Below are positions 17,591 to 27,170 of a stretch of DNA of 64,000 nt, one piece after another. Under the pieces are notes generated by a model, which saw only the letters and a list, made by a program, of their open reading frames with translations, ran no database searches and was not told the origin of the DNA. Each line of letters begins with the position of its first letter. The first letter of the stretch is position 1. Made by a program: the position numbers and the translations under genes. Origin of the DNA: a virus (Duplodnaviria; Heunggongvirae; Uroviricota; Caudoviricetes). The DNA is taken from the IMG/VR virus record IMGVR_UViG_3300021140_000485; one strand, written 5' to 3'.

Positions 17591-18025
17591 TTACAACGTT
17601 TTTGTCGCGTTGTATGTGTCTAACTCGTCCTGAAGAGCGTCAATCTCGTCTTCATAAGACTTAACCATTTTGTCTCGGGTGCTAGCGCTGATAACTACAT
17701 TATAGTTCAACAACATTGATTCACCATAACCTCTACGACTAACGTTACCCTCTTGGGTATCCATTTTCTTCAAGGTCTTAACCAAATTTTTCAATTCAGA
17801 CAAACGGAAAATCTTGTCATAAACTTCATTATTCGCCCTGTGGATTGCAGTCTTCAATTCAATCAATTGGTTAGTTTCTTCCAACAAACTCTGCAATTCT
17901 GTCTGTGGGTCATAACTACGGATGGCTCCTTCGATAACTGAGTTATCTTTTTCAATTCGAACAATTCTCTCATTGATACTTTTCACCAATCGAGCTTTTT
18001 GTTTTAGTGCTTGTTTAATCGTCAT
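17591..18025 (-). CDS. Hypothetical coiled-coil protein.
   Basis: 144-aa ORF. Confidence 0.5.
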   Translation of the reverse strand: MTIKQALKQKARLVKSINERIVRIEKDNSVIEGAIRSYDPQTELQSLLEETNQLIELKTAIHRANNEVYDKIFRLSELKNLVKTLKKMDTQEGNVSRRGYGESMLLNYNVVISASTRDKMVKSYEDEIDALQDELDTYNATKTL

Positions 18026-18064
18026 AATCTTCTATTTAAGTTTTACAAATATAAATGTTTTTTA

Positions 18065-18733
18065 TTAACTGTCAACTTCCGTGGGGTCAATTCTTTTTTC
18101 GTGATGGTCTTTAGGAAGTGTTAACCTTACTTTTGGTCGGTCCTTCAACAAAGAACGAATCTCACTTAAATCATAAGGATATAAGTTGTTACCGTCAACC
18201 CCAACGTCCATTGCTCGTCCATCAGCAATCTTAAGATGTGATGGTAAGTGAACGTGTCCGTGTAAGTGAATTACCCCATCATTCATACCATTCCAAGACG
18301 CTATTGGATAGTGTAGACATACGATAGAAATCTTATCTACAATCTTTCCGTTGGGAATCCTCAAATCTAAATGTAAGTAATCAAAACATCCTTTGAACAC
18401 CCTTTGGATGTCTTCTTTATCTCTACGAATGTGGTGGTCGTGGTTACCAAAAACTAAGTAAACGTTTTTACATAAGATTCTGTTACGAAACTCTTCAATC
18501 TTATCGAATCCACCGAAAGACCAGTCACCTAAGTGAATCAATATATCATTCTCACCAATCATCTCATTGATGTTGTTGACCAAGACATCATTCATATGGT
18601 CAAGGGATTTGAAATCTCGAGTTAGATTTTCAGCGCCAACCCATTTTGTAGTTGCGCTACAAATATTACCGTGACCATAGTGAGTATCACTGGTAAAAAA
18701 TAACCGCTGTCCTTTCTCTAATACAAGTTTCAT
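18065..18733 (-). CDS. Calcineurin-like metallophosphoesterase.
   Basis: 'TSDTHYGHGN', 'LGDWSFGG', 'GNHDHH', 'GHVHL'. Confidence 0.75.
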   Translation of the reverse strand: MKLVLEKGQRLFFTSDTHYGHGNICSATTKWVGAENLTRDFKSLDHMNDVLVNNINEMIGENDILIHLGDWSFGGFDKIEEFRNRILCKNVYLVFGNHDHHIRRDKEDIQRVFKGCFDYLHLDLRIPNGKIVDKISIVCLHYPIASWNGMNDGVIHLHGHVHLPSHLKIADGRAMDVGVDGNNLYPYDLSEIRSLLKDRPKVRLTLPKDHHEKRIDPTEVDS

Positions 18734-18772
18734 AGGACAAAGGTAAAATAAAATATAGATTAAATCAAAAAA

Positions 18773-19567
18773 TTACGCGATTTTTTCAAACTTAGATAAA
18801 GTTTCACTTGCTTTAGAACGTGCCATACCTGATGAACCACCAGCATTCAAGTCAGCAAAATAGTTAGACGCGTCTTTTTCATTATCAAATTTAGGAAGTG
18901 AATTTGGTGATTTACCTTTTAACATAAAGGCAATTGCAACTTTGGCAGCTACTCTTGGGTCATCTAATGAATCAGGATTACCTTCAAGGTTTTCACCAAC
19001 AAGACTACCATATTTTTTGTAGTTCGCTCTACCTGTTAGTCCATTGAACCCTCTACCTCTGTATTTGTATCCATCACCAGGTTCAGTGTTACCCAATCTG
19101 ATACCTGATTTGTACCCATACATATATTCAAAAAAGTCCTTATTACTTTTTTTAAGTCTCGTTAACTGTCTATCACTTAACCTTTGGGCTCTTTTACCAA
19201 AAATACTTCTGATTCTATCGTTACTTGTATTACCGTAACCAATTTCAGAACCCATCTGAAAACCAGATTCTTTGGCCAAAACACTTAATATACCAATTTG
19301 AGTATCAACATCAGTAATACCCATTTTATTCATTTCATCTATCACGATTTCTACGTTTCTGCCGGCTTCACCACTATAACTGTGTTTGATTTTACCATTA
19401 TCGGAAACTTCAAGGTCGTCGGTTTTAACCTCATCACCTTTTGGTTTCTCTTCAGGCGCAAATGCTGAAAGGGTTTTTAAAAAATCGGCAAGTCTCCCAA
19501 TAGCTTGTTCATTTAAACCCATAAGTCTAAACTGCTTATTAACTTCTTTCAAAAGTGGTTTTGACAT
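18773..19567 (-). CDS. GH19 (chitinase-like) peptidoglycan hydrolase / endolysin candidate.
   Basis: 'GDGYKYRGRGFNGLTGRANYKKYG' matches the GH19 catalytic-core signature. Confidence 0.75.
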   Translation of the reverse strand: MSKPLLKEVNKQFRLMGLNEQAIGRLADFLKTLSAFAPEEKPKGDEVKTDDLEVSDNGKIKHSYSGEAGRNVEIVIDEMNKMGITDVDTQIGILSVLAKESGFQMGSEIGYGNTSNDRIRSIFGKRAQRLSDRQLTRLKKSNKDFFEYMYGYKSGIRLGNTEPGDGYKYRGRGFNGLTGRANYKKYGSLVGENLEGNPDSLDDPRVAAKVAIAFMLKGKSPNSLPKFDNEKDASNYFADLNAGGSSGMARSKASETLSKFEKIA

Positions 19568-19626
19568 AGTATTTTTATCTATAAATATACAATTACAAAG
19601 TATTTATCATATATCTTTGATTCATT

Positions 19627-19914
19627 ATGGCCGACAGGAATTTTTATATGAGAAGAGTATTGACCAAAATTGTAAAAAATATGGTTAGTAAAAATCCTGC
19701 ATTCAAAAATATTCGTTCAGTTGAAATACAATTCTTACTTAAATCTCCTGTTAGAAGCGCAATGTGTGATTGGGTTTATGGTCTTACTATCAAGACATAT
19801 AACGATGATGTTAACCAACCTCAAATAATTTCTCAAATAAAAGAAAGAATTGATTCTGTTACATCACAACTAACAAAAGACACTTTCTGTCTCACCGACT
19901 ATTACTTCGAGTAG
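19627..19914 (+). CDS. Hypothetical protein.
   Basis: 95-aa ORF. Confidence 0.4.
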   Translation: MADRNFYMRRVLTKIVKNMVSKNPAFKNIRSVEIQFLLKSPVRSAMCDWVYGLTIKTYNDDVNQPQIISQIKERIDSVTSQLTKDTFCLTDYYFE

Positions 19915-21029
19915 TCGTATTTACGAAAAATCCCATCTACCGTATGTAACGCTTGAGCAACCACTTGGTGCATATCATAATAAGCATAGGTCCCAAGTCT
20001 ACCCCCAAATATGTATTTAGATTCAGACTCTGTCAATGATTTATATTTTTCATAAATCTCAACATTTTTACCGTCTCTGATTGGGTAATATGGTTCGTTC
20101 TCACCAGTATACTCACAAGAGTATTCCTTACTGATATAAGTACCTTTTTGATTCTTAGGGTCAAACCATTTATGTTCTAATATTCGAGTATACTTAGTAT
20201 CAGAATCAGTAAAATTCATTACAGGGTTTCCTTGGAAGTTGTCAACTTCTAATTGGTAATTCTCCCATCTAAGACTACGATATTCCAATCGACCAAATTC
20301 GTAATCGTAAAACTTATCAATTGGTCCTGTGTAAATTATCTTATCAGATAAAGACTCAAGGATATCTCTATTCTCAAAAAAATCAAATTCAGTCAGTACT
20401 TCAATACCTGATAGTAGTTTTTCAAAAATTTGGGTATAACCTCCGTCAGGAATTCCTTGGTACTTGTCATTGAAATAATTGTTATTCCAAGTAAATCTAA
20501 CAGGTAATCTTTTAATAATGGATGGTGGTAGTTCAGAACATTTCTTATCCCATTGTTTCTCAGTATAACCTTTAATCAACTTTTCATATATGTCAGTCCC
20601 TACCATTGAAAGAGCTTGTTCTTCCAAATTAGTGATAGGTCCCTTATATTTTTGTTCATCAATCATATACTGTGCCTTTTCAGGTGTGTTAACACCCCAC
20701 AGTTGATTGAATGTCCACATATTGAAAGGTAATGAGTAAATCTCACCCTTATAGTTAGCCAAAGGTGAATTAACAAACTGATTAAAAGTTGCAAATCTGT
20801 TTACGTAGTTCCAAACTCTTTCATCATTAGTATGGAATATGTGAGCACCATACTTGTGAACGTGTATACCGTCTATATTTTCAGTATAACAGTTTCCACC
20901 GATATGATTTCTTTTTTCAACAACTAATACGTTGAATTTCTTACTTAGTTCGTGGGCGCAGATTGCTCCAAAGAGACCTGCCCCCACGATTACAAAGTCA
21001 TAATGTCTATAGGAAGTCAAAAACGACAC
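19902..21029 (-). CDS. glf: UDP-galactopyranose mutase.
   Basis: N-terminal FAD fold 'YDFVIVGAGLFGAICAHEL....VEKRNHIGGNCYT' and length/sequence colinear with Glf. Confidence 0.85.
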   Translation of the reverse strand: MSFLTSYRHYDFVIVGAGLFGAICAHELSKKFNVLVVEKRNHIGGNCYTENIDGIHVHKYGAHIFHTNDERVWNYVNRFATFNQFVNSPLANYKGEIYSLPFNMWTFNQLWGVNTPEKAQYMIDEQKYKGPITNLEEQALSMVGTDIYEKLIKGYTEKQWDKKCSELPPSIIKRLPVRFTWNNNYFNDKYQGIPDGGYTQIFEKLLSGIEVLTEFDFFENRDILESLSDKIIYTGPIDKFYDYEFGRLEYRSLRWENYQLEVDNFQGNPVMNFTDSDTKYTRILEHKWFDPKNQKGTYISKEYSCEYTGENEPYYPIRDGKNVEIYEKYKSLTESESKYIFGGRLGTYAYYDMHQVVAQALHTVDGIFRKYDYSK

Positions 21030-22164
21030 TGTCAGGAGATAATACAGGTTTATTAATCTTGTTCTCTAATCTTTCTTTGAACTCATACAAGAAGTTAGAT
21101 GAATTAGTATAACATCTATCCTCAATCAAGAAACACAAATTAGGATATGGGTTTTCTCTACCTTCATTAATCATTTGTTCAACAACCTCAAGAGCTTCTT
21201 TGTTCCTTTGTCTTTTCTCATAAAAGAATGCCAAATACATCAAGTGTTCATTTCTTGTTGGAGAGAACGGTCCTGCAGATTTGTAGTGTTCTTCCGCTTT
21301 ATCATACTCCCCTCTAAAGTTATATGCTTCACCCAAAAGTATAAATGTTAGATATGACATCTCATCTAATCTTGCAGGTTTACCAGTATTAAACCAGTTG
21401 TGATTAAGTGCTAAAAACTTATTAAAGTAGAAAATCGCTCTACGAGCATATTCGTCTGAGTGGTCCTTTCCAAATGCAAGTTCATCAGGATTTCCATAAC
21501 AATCAGCATAACTCTTACCAACATACCAAAGATGATACATATCCTCATTGATGGTGTTTCCAACAACTTTGTCAATTTCTAATTCCAAAGCATCTCTCAA
21601 AAACTTTCTTGGTGCAAACCAAGTCTGACCATCATTTGTGATTAAGTGTCTAAATCCAAAAGGTAGAACCATTCTTTGGAAATTTTCACCGACTTCAGGT
21701 AAGTGAATTGTTTCGTGTCTTTTATCGTGTTGAAAAAACCAAGGTCTTTTTGCATTCCATAACCAAGTTCTGTAATACTTTGTACCCATTGCCTGAGCTG
21801 TAATGTTGAATGAATCAATTGAAGTGTCTTCCAATACAGTCCAATCAAAGTCCTCATCAACAATTAGTTGTTCATCAGCATCCATTCTCAGAATCCAATC
21901 ACATCCGTGGTCAGCCTTCAAACATTCCTGTAAGGTATGGTCTCTATTCCATCCTGGATATTGCCATTCAATCTCATACAGGAATCCAGGAATCCCTTTT
22001 TCTTTGAAGTAGTTTCTTATAATGTCTTGTGTTCCGTCAGTAGACCCATTGTCCTGTATAACCCAATAATCAATATATTGGAAACAGGAGTCTAACATTC
22101 TTGTGATAGTTCTGGCCTCATTAGCCACCATCGCGTTTAAGCAAATTTTGGTTTTTTTATTCAT
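21007..22164 (-). CDS. Glycosyltransferase (GT-A-like N-terminal domain) with a C-terminal helical-repeat region.
   Basis: 'YWVIQDNGSTDGT' and 'MDADE'. The C-terminus has TPR-like helices. Confidence 0.65.
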   Translation of the reverse strand: MNKKTKICLNAMVANEARTITRMLDSCFQYIDYWVIQDNGSTDGTQDIIRNYFKEKGIPGFLYEIEWQYPGWNRDHTLQECLKADHGCDWILRMDADEQLIVDEDFDWTVLEDTSIDSFNITAQAMGTKYYRTWLWNAKRPWFFQHDKRHETIHLPEVGENFQRMVLPFGFRHLITNDGQTWFAPRKFLRDALELEIDKVVGNTINEDMYHLWYVGKSYADCYGNPDELAFGKDHSDEYARRAIFYFNKFLALNHNWFNTGKPARLDEMSYLTFILLGEAYNFRGEYDKAEEHYKSAGPFSPTRNEHLMYLAFFYEKRQRNKEALEVVEQMINEGRENPYPNLCFLIEDRCYTNSSNFLYEFKERLENKINKPVLSPDSVVFDFL

Positions 22165-23404
22165 AAATGTAATTCATTACTTGTTCTTGTTTATAGTATT
22201 TTTTGATTGGGACACTGTTTTGGAACTTTTGTGAGTGTTGTGTAATCTCATCCCAATTCCAATCAAAATAACCCATTTCTTCAATTCTGTCGTGTATTCT
22301 TTTATCATAGAAGTCCCTGATTAATCTGGCCCTACGATTAATATCTGTTGCATTATTATCAACTGTTGAGTTGTTATTGTTGTATTGTAGATATAACACC
22401 TTCTTTACGTGAATCATCTTGGTTTCTAAAAATGTACGAATAAGAATCTCCAAGTCATCAGCAACAGGTGTTAATTTATTGTGTCCTGAAATATTATGAT
22501 AAACACTTCTCTCCCACATTCTAGCGTGGTTTGGCATTGTGATATTGAATCTAATTGTGAGTGGGTTTACATCAGGGTACCAATGAGCAAGTCTATCAAC
22601 ACCGTCAACATTTACCCAACTGTGTCCAGCATACCCAAAGTCAAAATAGTTATCGTGACGAGCATACCAATTACCAGTCCAATCGTGGTCATAAAACTTA
22701 GGTTCACCGTCCTCGTATATCTCTGAACAATCAGTATAAAGAAATCCCGCGTCAGGGTATTTTAATATTGCATCATTAGCGGTTTCAAGACAAGTTGTAA
22801 CCAAACAATCATCGTGGTCCAATTCAATCAACCAATCACCATCACCTAACATAGCTGCACGATGTTTAGCCAAACCAATATTACCACCCGATAATGGATA
22901 AATCCTGTGAGGTTTTACCCGATAGTCTTTCTCCGCAATTTCAGTTATCATCTCCCAAGTTTCAGGGTCAGGCGAATCATCAACCACAACCCATTCCCAA
23001 TTATCAAAGGTTTGGTTGTTTAAAGACTCATAAGTCCTATAAATCCTTTCTCCTGTTTTGTAGGTTGGTGTGAAAATTGTAAATCTTGGTCTAAAATATT
23101 CACAGTTTCTAAACACAGTCTGACAAACAATTACGTTCGCCAAAATTGCTTCATCAATCGGTTCATCATAGTGAATGTGAAATCTTTTCAAATGATAGTG
23201 TGGGATGTTTACTTCTTCACCAAAACTTATAATTAAGTCAGGTTTATATTTTGTATAATCACCAACGACATCGTTTGTATATGGTAGATTATAAACAACA
23301 ACATCATCAAACAGATGTTCTTCCCAGTATATTTGTGAGATTAAGGTTGTTTCACCTTCCGTACCTAATCCATACACTATTGCTGACGGTTTTTTTGTCT
23401 TCAT
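22157..23404 (-). CDS. Family-2 glycosyltransferase with an N-terminal extension.
   Basis: 'FTIFTPTYKTGERI', 'WVVVDDSPD' and 'IELDHDD' (DxD). Confidence 0.75.
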   Translation of the reverse strand: MKTKKPSAIVYGLGTEGETTLISQIYWEEHLFDDVVVYNLPYTNDVVGDYTKYKPDLIISFGEEVNIPHYHLKRFHIHYDEPIDEAILANVIVCQTVFRNCEYFRPRFTIFTPTYKTGERIYRTYESLNNQTFDNWEWVVVDDSPDPETWEMITEIAEKDYRVKPHRIYPLSGGNIGLAKHRAAMLGDGDWLIELDHDDCLVTTCLETANDAILKYPDAGFLYTDCSEIYEDGEPKFYDHDWTGNWYARHDNYFDFGYAGHSWVNVDGVDRLAHWYPDVNPLTIRFNITMPNHARMWERSVYHNISGHNKLTPVADDLEILIRTFLETKMIHVKKVLYLQYNNNNSTVDNNATDINRRARLIRDFYDKRIHDRIEEMGYFDWNWDEITQHSQKFQNSVPIKKYYKQEQVMNYIYE

Positions 23405-23491
23405 ACGTTCAAAACATAGTTATTTAAAGTGTTGTTGTAAAGTTCATATAAAAGAAAAGGTCCTCTTTCGAGGACCAATTCACCAACCATC

Positions 23492-24232
23492 TTATACCCA
23501 CTCCATCATAATCTGAGACTTCCCGTTCCATTCTTTGATTTGACGTTTCGGAACCCAAAACTCCATCTCTCCGATTTCCTCAACTCGTTTGAGGTATGCC
23601 TCACGGTAAGCTCCGGCTTCAGAAGAGTTCTTGATGTAAGGGATTCTCATATGCTTTGAACAAATCTTACCCATTCCTGTCAACATTGAGAACTCATCAG
23701 TCAAATCTTTACCACAACACATACAAACCTTCATACGGCTTACGGTCATCTTACCTGAGAACTTAACCGCCTTTGGTGAGATAGCCAAAATCTTAGTGAT
23801 ATCCAAGATTGTTGGGTTGAACTCAAGGTTGTAAGTCTCCTTCATTTGTTGACCGATTTTACGTCCAACCTTGATGGTTTCTCCTACGGTTGGAAGTTTG
23901 AAGTTGATAGTCTTAGACTTGTCTTCTTCCTTCTCGATTTGTTTGAGAGCTGCGTTGATTTGTTTGTTGGTCAACGTTCCCCACTTTTGAAGTTTAAGAG
24001 AGATGTCTTTCACGAAGGTGCTCTCACCGTTGTATTCAACGATTTTCTTCAACTCGGGACGTTCCTCAACGTTCAAAGTGGTTACAGGTGCATTGAGACA
24101 TTTCTCAGCGGCTTCGACTTGCTTGGGAGTCAAACGACCCCACTGGTTAAGAGATTCTTTCATTTTAAGGATGAAGCTGTTGTTACCTTGGTAGTTACGA
24201 ACTTTTTCTTGGGTAGTGATGGTGGTTGTCAT
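23492..24232 (-). CDS. Hypothetical protein with two 'WG(R/T)LTxKQ' repeats and a C-terminal Zn-ribbon. The start is set to the internal 'MTTTITTQEK'.
   Basis: Codon usage here is GC-richer and C-ending than in the rest of the window. The upstream 44 codons of the ORF lack coding character. Confidence 0.55.
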   Translation of the reverse strand: MTTTITTQEKVRNYQGNNSFILKMKESLNQWGRLTPKQVEAAEKCLNAPVTTLNVEERPELKKIVEYNGESTFVKDISLKLQKWGTLTNKQINAALKQIEKEEDKSKTINFKLPTVGETIKVGRKIGQQMKETYNLEFNPTILDITKILAISPKAVKFSGKMTVSRMKVCMCCGKDLTDEFSMLTGMGKICSKHMRIPYIKNSSEAGAYREAYLKRVEEIGEMEFWVPKRQIKEWNGKSQIMMEWV

Positions 24233-24333
24233 ATTGGTTGGTTTTAAATTCAATACAAAGATAAGGAAAGTTTTGGTTCCCACAACACAATTCAAAAAAA
24301 AATCCCCTCTTTTTTTAGAGGGGATTGTCACTC

Positions 24334-24798
24334 TTAGTTTTGAGTGAAGGCTTGGTCTGCCCAAGTCTTAGCTCCGAAGAATTCCCAAATCTTCATATCA
24401 CACATATCGGGGAAAGACTCTCTCATTGTACCTACAGTCAACACGTCCAAGAATCCTTTGTCGATACTGTTCCACTTGTTTCCTTTGGTGGTCAATACGT
24501 TCATCCAGTTACCGTATTCGTCCTTCACTTGAACGTTAACAAGTGTGTTCTTCTTGTATCCACTGATAACTCGCTTGGGAGTTCCTTTGGTGTCGTGGAT
24601 ACTGATGAACCCTGCTCGACACTTACCAGCGATACGGAACTCATACTCTTTGTTCTCGTCTTTAAGGTGGTTAGAAACCGATACAGTGTGACGTTTGCTC
24701 TTTACAATGGTTTCGAAACTTCCGTAGAATACGTCTCCTGCCATTACGCCTTCAGTAACTTTGATGATAGATTTTGGGGTGGTGGTTGTGGTTGTCAT
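24334..24798 (-). CDS. Hypothetical protein (N-terminus 'MTTTTTTPKS').
   Basis: 154-aa ORF with the same GC-rich codon usage. Confidence 0.55.
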   Translation of the reverse strand: MTTTTTTPKSIIKVTEGVMAGDVFYGSFETIVKSKRHTVSVSNHLKDENKEYEFRIAGKCRAGFISIHDTKGTPKRVISGYKKNTLVNVQVKDEYGNWMNVLTTKGNKWNSIDKGFLDVLTVGTMRESFPDMCDMKIWEFFGAKTWADQAFTQN

Positions 24799-24863
24799 AT
24801 GTGTGTGTATTTGTTTTTAACACTACAAAGATAGTGATATTATCCAAACTGCCAAAACTTTTT

Positions 24864-25169
24864 TTAAGAATTTCTACAACTTCCGTCACAACCTTGTCCG
24901 GCACCTTCGTAGTAGTTGGTCCTGAAGTCAACGTGGGTTCCTGTTGGTACGTTTGTTTTTCTACCACATTGGATACAAACTTCAAACCCATCGATACTGT
25001 TACCTAAACTTGTAACCATACCGTTCTCGTCTATCTGTAACGTAACGTGTTCATCTCGGTTAGATTTCATTAACTCAATCTCATTCCAATATTTTTGACG
25101 AACATATTCACCGAGAGAATAATCGTTTGGGTGGGAGAGTATTTCTTTTGATGTGATTTTTATTTCCAT
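24864..25169 (-). CDS. Hypothetical Cys-rich small protein (start trimmed to 'MEIKITSKEI').
   Basis: 'CIQCGRK...GCDGSC'. Confidence 0.5.
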   Translation of the reverse strand: MEIKITSKEILSHPNDYSLGEYVRQKYWNEIELMKSNRDEHVTLQIDENGMVTSLGNSIDGFEVCIQCGRKTNVPTGTHVDFRTNYYEGAGQGCDGSCRNS

Positions 25170-25257
25170 AGTTTTTTTTGTAAAAATAGTTTTAAGTTGT
25201 TTGTATGTAAACAAGATACCAGTCTTGTGGTATTTATTAAATATCTTGAGGTAAAAT

Positions 25258-25782
25258 ATGAAATTAGATGACGTTTTAAGAATTTTCAAACATTCAGGTG
25301 GTTACCCAAACCCAAAAGCAACAGATATTTTGGATTTTATGAATCTGAACAAAATCAAGTTCGCCCAAATGGTTGCAGATAGATTTGGTGAATCAGGGGC
25401 CGATAAGTTCTTCGACACCTCAGTAAAACGTTTATCTCAAAAAGATGGTGTATTTAAAATTTACCCATATGCTCAATGGGGACAGGATAACCCAAGTTAT
25501 CTTGATTTGGATTTTAGTAATTCAAATACGGTTTTAGAAGAAGTTGGTAACCCTTACATTGGTATTTTGATTGAAGATTGGCAATTAAAAGATTCTTTAG
25601 TCGAGTTTATGGATGATGAAGGTAATACTCAAACATATACATTAGACGAACTTTTTGAAGTGATATCTGATGAAGAACCTTACCAACTTGATGATGCAAT
25701 AGAAGATTGGATGTCTGTCATACAAAGGTCAATTTCAAATTACTTAGGAGTTCCGGTAGTTTTAGGAAATAGGAAAAAATAA
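25258..25782 (+). CDS. Hypothetical acidic protein.
   Basis: 174-aa ORF with its own perfect terminator. Confidence 0.55.
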   Translation: MKLDDVLRIFKHSGGYPNPKATDILDFMNLNKIKFAQMVADRFGESGADKFFDTSVKRLSQKDGVFKIYPYAQWGQDNPSYLDLDFSNSNTVLEEVGNPYIGILIEDWQLKDSLVEFMDDEGNTQTYTLDELFEVISDEEPYQLDDAIEDWMSVIQRSISNYLGVPVVLGNRKK

Positions 25783-25786
25783 AAAA

Positions 25787-25814
25787 GGTCAGATGATATC
25801 TGACCTTTTCTTTT
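25787..25814 (+). terminator. Intrinsic terminator (GGTCAGAT-gat-ATCTGACC followed by a T-run).
   Basis: Perfect 8-bp stem 4 nt after the stop codon. Confidence 0.75.
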
Positions 25815-25863
25815 GGGACTGACAGGATTTGTCAATCGACTCCACCACCTGGACTACCAGGAT

Positions 25864-26184
25864 TTACTTGGTAACCAAAGCTTCCACTTTGGATTTCATA
25901 TGTTCTGACAATGATACCTCACCAACCGTGGGTGTAATCAATGAAGTCAAAACAATTGAATCAACCAAATATTTGTACGGAATGTGAACCAAGAAGTCGG
26001 TACCATTGAAGAAATCCAAATCTCCTTTGAGTTCCAAACAACCGTGAACCATTTTCAAAAACAACTTAAACTGAATACCGTCAACAAAGGTTTCATTCAA
26101 GAGGGTCCCGAACTTCTCGTTCTCAATCCTAATATTGTATGTAAAATTGATTTTCATACCACAAATATAGAAATAACTTTTCAT
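25864..26184 (-). CDS. Hypothetical protein (start trimmed to 'MKSYF', downstream of the terminator hairpin).
   Basis: The ORF's longer N-terminal extension would run through the 26190..26219 hairpin. Confidence 0.45.
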   Translation of the reverse strand: MKSYFYICGMKINFTYNIRIENEKFGTLLNETFVDGIQFKLFLKMVHGCLELKGDLDFFNGTDFLVHIPYKYLVDSIVLTSLITPTVGEVSLSEHMKSKVEALVTK

Positions 26185-26189
26185 ATAAA

Positions 26190-26219
26190 CAAAAAAACCC
26201 GAAGATTTTTTTCTTCGGG
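26190..26219 (-). terminator. Intrinsic terminator on the minus strand (CCCGAAGA-a7-TCTTCGGG followed by TTTTTTT).
   Basis: Perfect 8-bp stem. It closes the tRNA plus noncoding transcription unit. Confidence 0.7.
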
Positions 26220-27170
26220 TTCTGGCACTTAGGTTGAGAATACACCTTCGATTAAGAATCTTTAGGGACATTATTGTTTCTTCCCGTTTCCACTACCTTT
26301 TGAGTAGTAATTCTTAGTGACGGTTCCTTAGGGGTACCATTCCTTGAGTCGTGCGGTTACTCTCTTTGTACTTGTTACTCTCCGAGGTTGCCACCCCAGT
26401 GAATCCTTGCGGGATTAGAGAACTTTCTCAAGAATCATTTGGGTCTTGGGAACCCATAATGGCAATGAACATCTCATTACTATGTAGTCACCTTTCGCCT
26501 ACGACTGACAGACACTTTTCCTTCGTCTTTTAGTATTTGCATACTTCAAAATGCAAAGTTGTTGGTCTGTGGATGGTGAAAGTAGCGGTCTGCCAACCAG
26601 ACAAGCCATCTTTTGAACGACTCGATACTGAACTACTCTCTGAGATATCCCTACCTCGATACTTCAAGAAATCTTCATAATTAAAATCTTGGTAGATTCT
26701 AACTAAGGTTACCAACAGCACCACCTGTACGATAACATGACTTTCGTCTTTAAGACACCTCTGATATTGAATCCCGTGATTGTAAAGTTGGATGACTTTA
26801 CTTCTCACAACAATTCTACGAGTTATTCTTATTGTTCTTCCGAACTCAACTCAACGACCCACATCGCTGAGTCATCATTCCATTTTGTCTACAGTGTCAC
26901 CCTCGACTACTCAGGAACAATGATATCCCGCTTGCCTACTCGAGCTCTAAGAACCGAAGTTCAAAGAACCGCAGTCTCCGTTAACCTTCGGAGACCACTT
27001 TATCCCACTTTCGTGGTTTATTTATTGACCATAGGCGGCCAATTATCTTATTTACTAACCTGTTGGTTAGAAGGATAATCAAATATGTAAAAGAACGTGT
27101 TTCGTTAATTGTTTCACAAAGTTAAGAAGATTATTTTAATCTGTCAAGCACTTTGTAAAAGTTTTTTTTG
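26220..27170 (-). ncRNA. Candidate structured noncoding RNA or 3' trailer co-transcribed with tRNA-Met. About 950 nt, elevated GC, no ORF longer than 113 aa in any frame.
   Basis: Bounded by the tRNA (5' side on the minus strand) and a strong terminator (3' side). The frame-track ORFs here are short and non-protein-like. Identity unknown. Confidence 0.3.

Noticed and set aside
26351-27078. ORFs 26351..26533(+), 26530..26808(-) and 26737..27078(+) in the GC-elevated region next to the tRNA.
   Set aside because: They are short, mutually overlapping, and have non-protein-like composition. The region is bounded by the tRNA and a terminator, and is more consistently explained as non-coding RNA or DNA.
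26220-27170. Possibility that the noncoding region is a tmRNA, RNase P RNA or group I/II intron.
   Set aside because: I could not find the defining motifs by eye (a second GGTTCGAnTCC T-loop with an acceptor pairing, the RNase P 'AGGAAAGTCCGGGC' core, or the group II domain V 'GAGCCGTATG...GTACGGTTC'). It is left as unassigned. Only a covariance-model scan can settle it.
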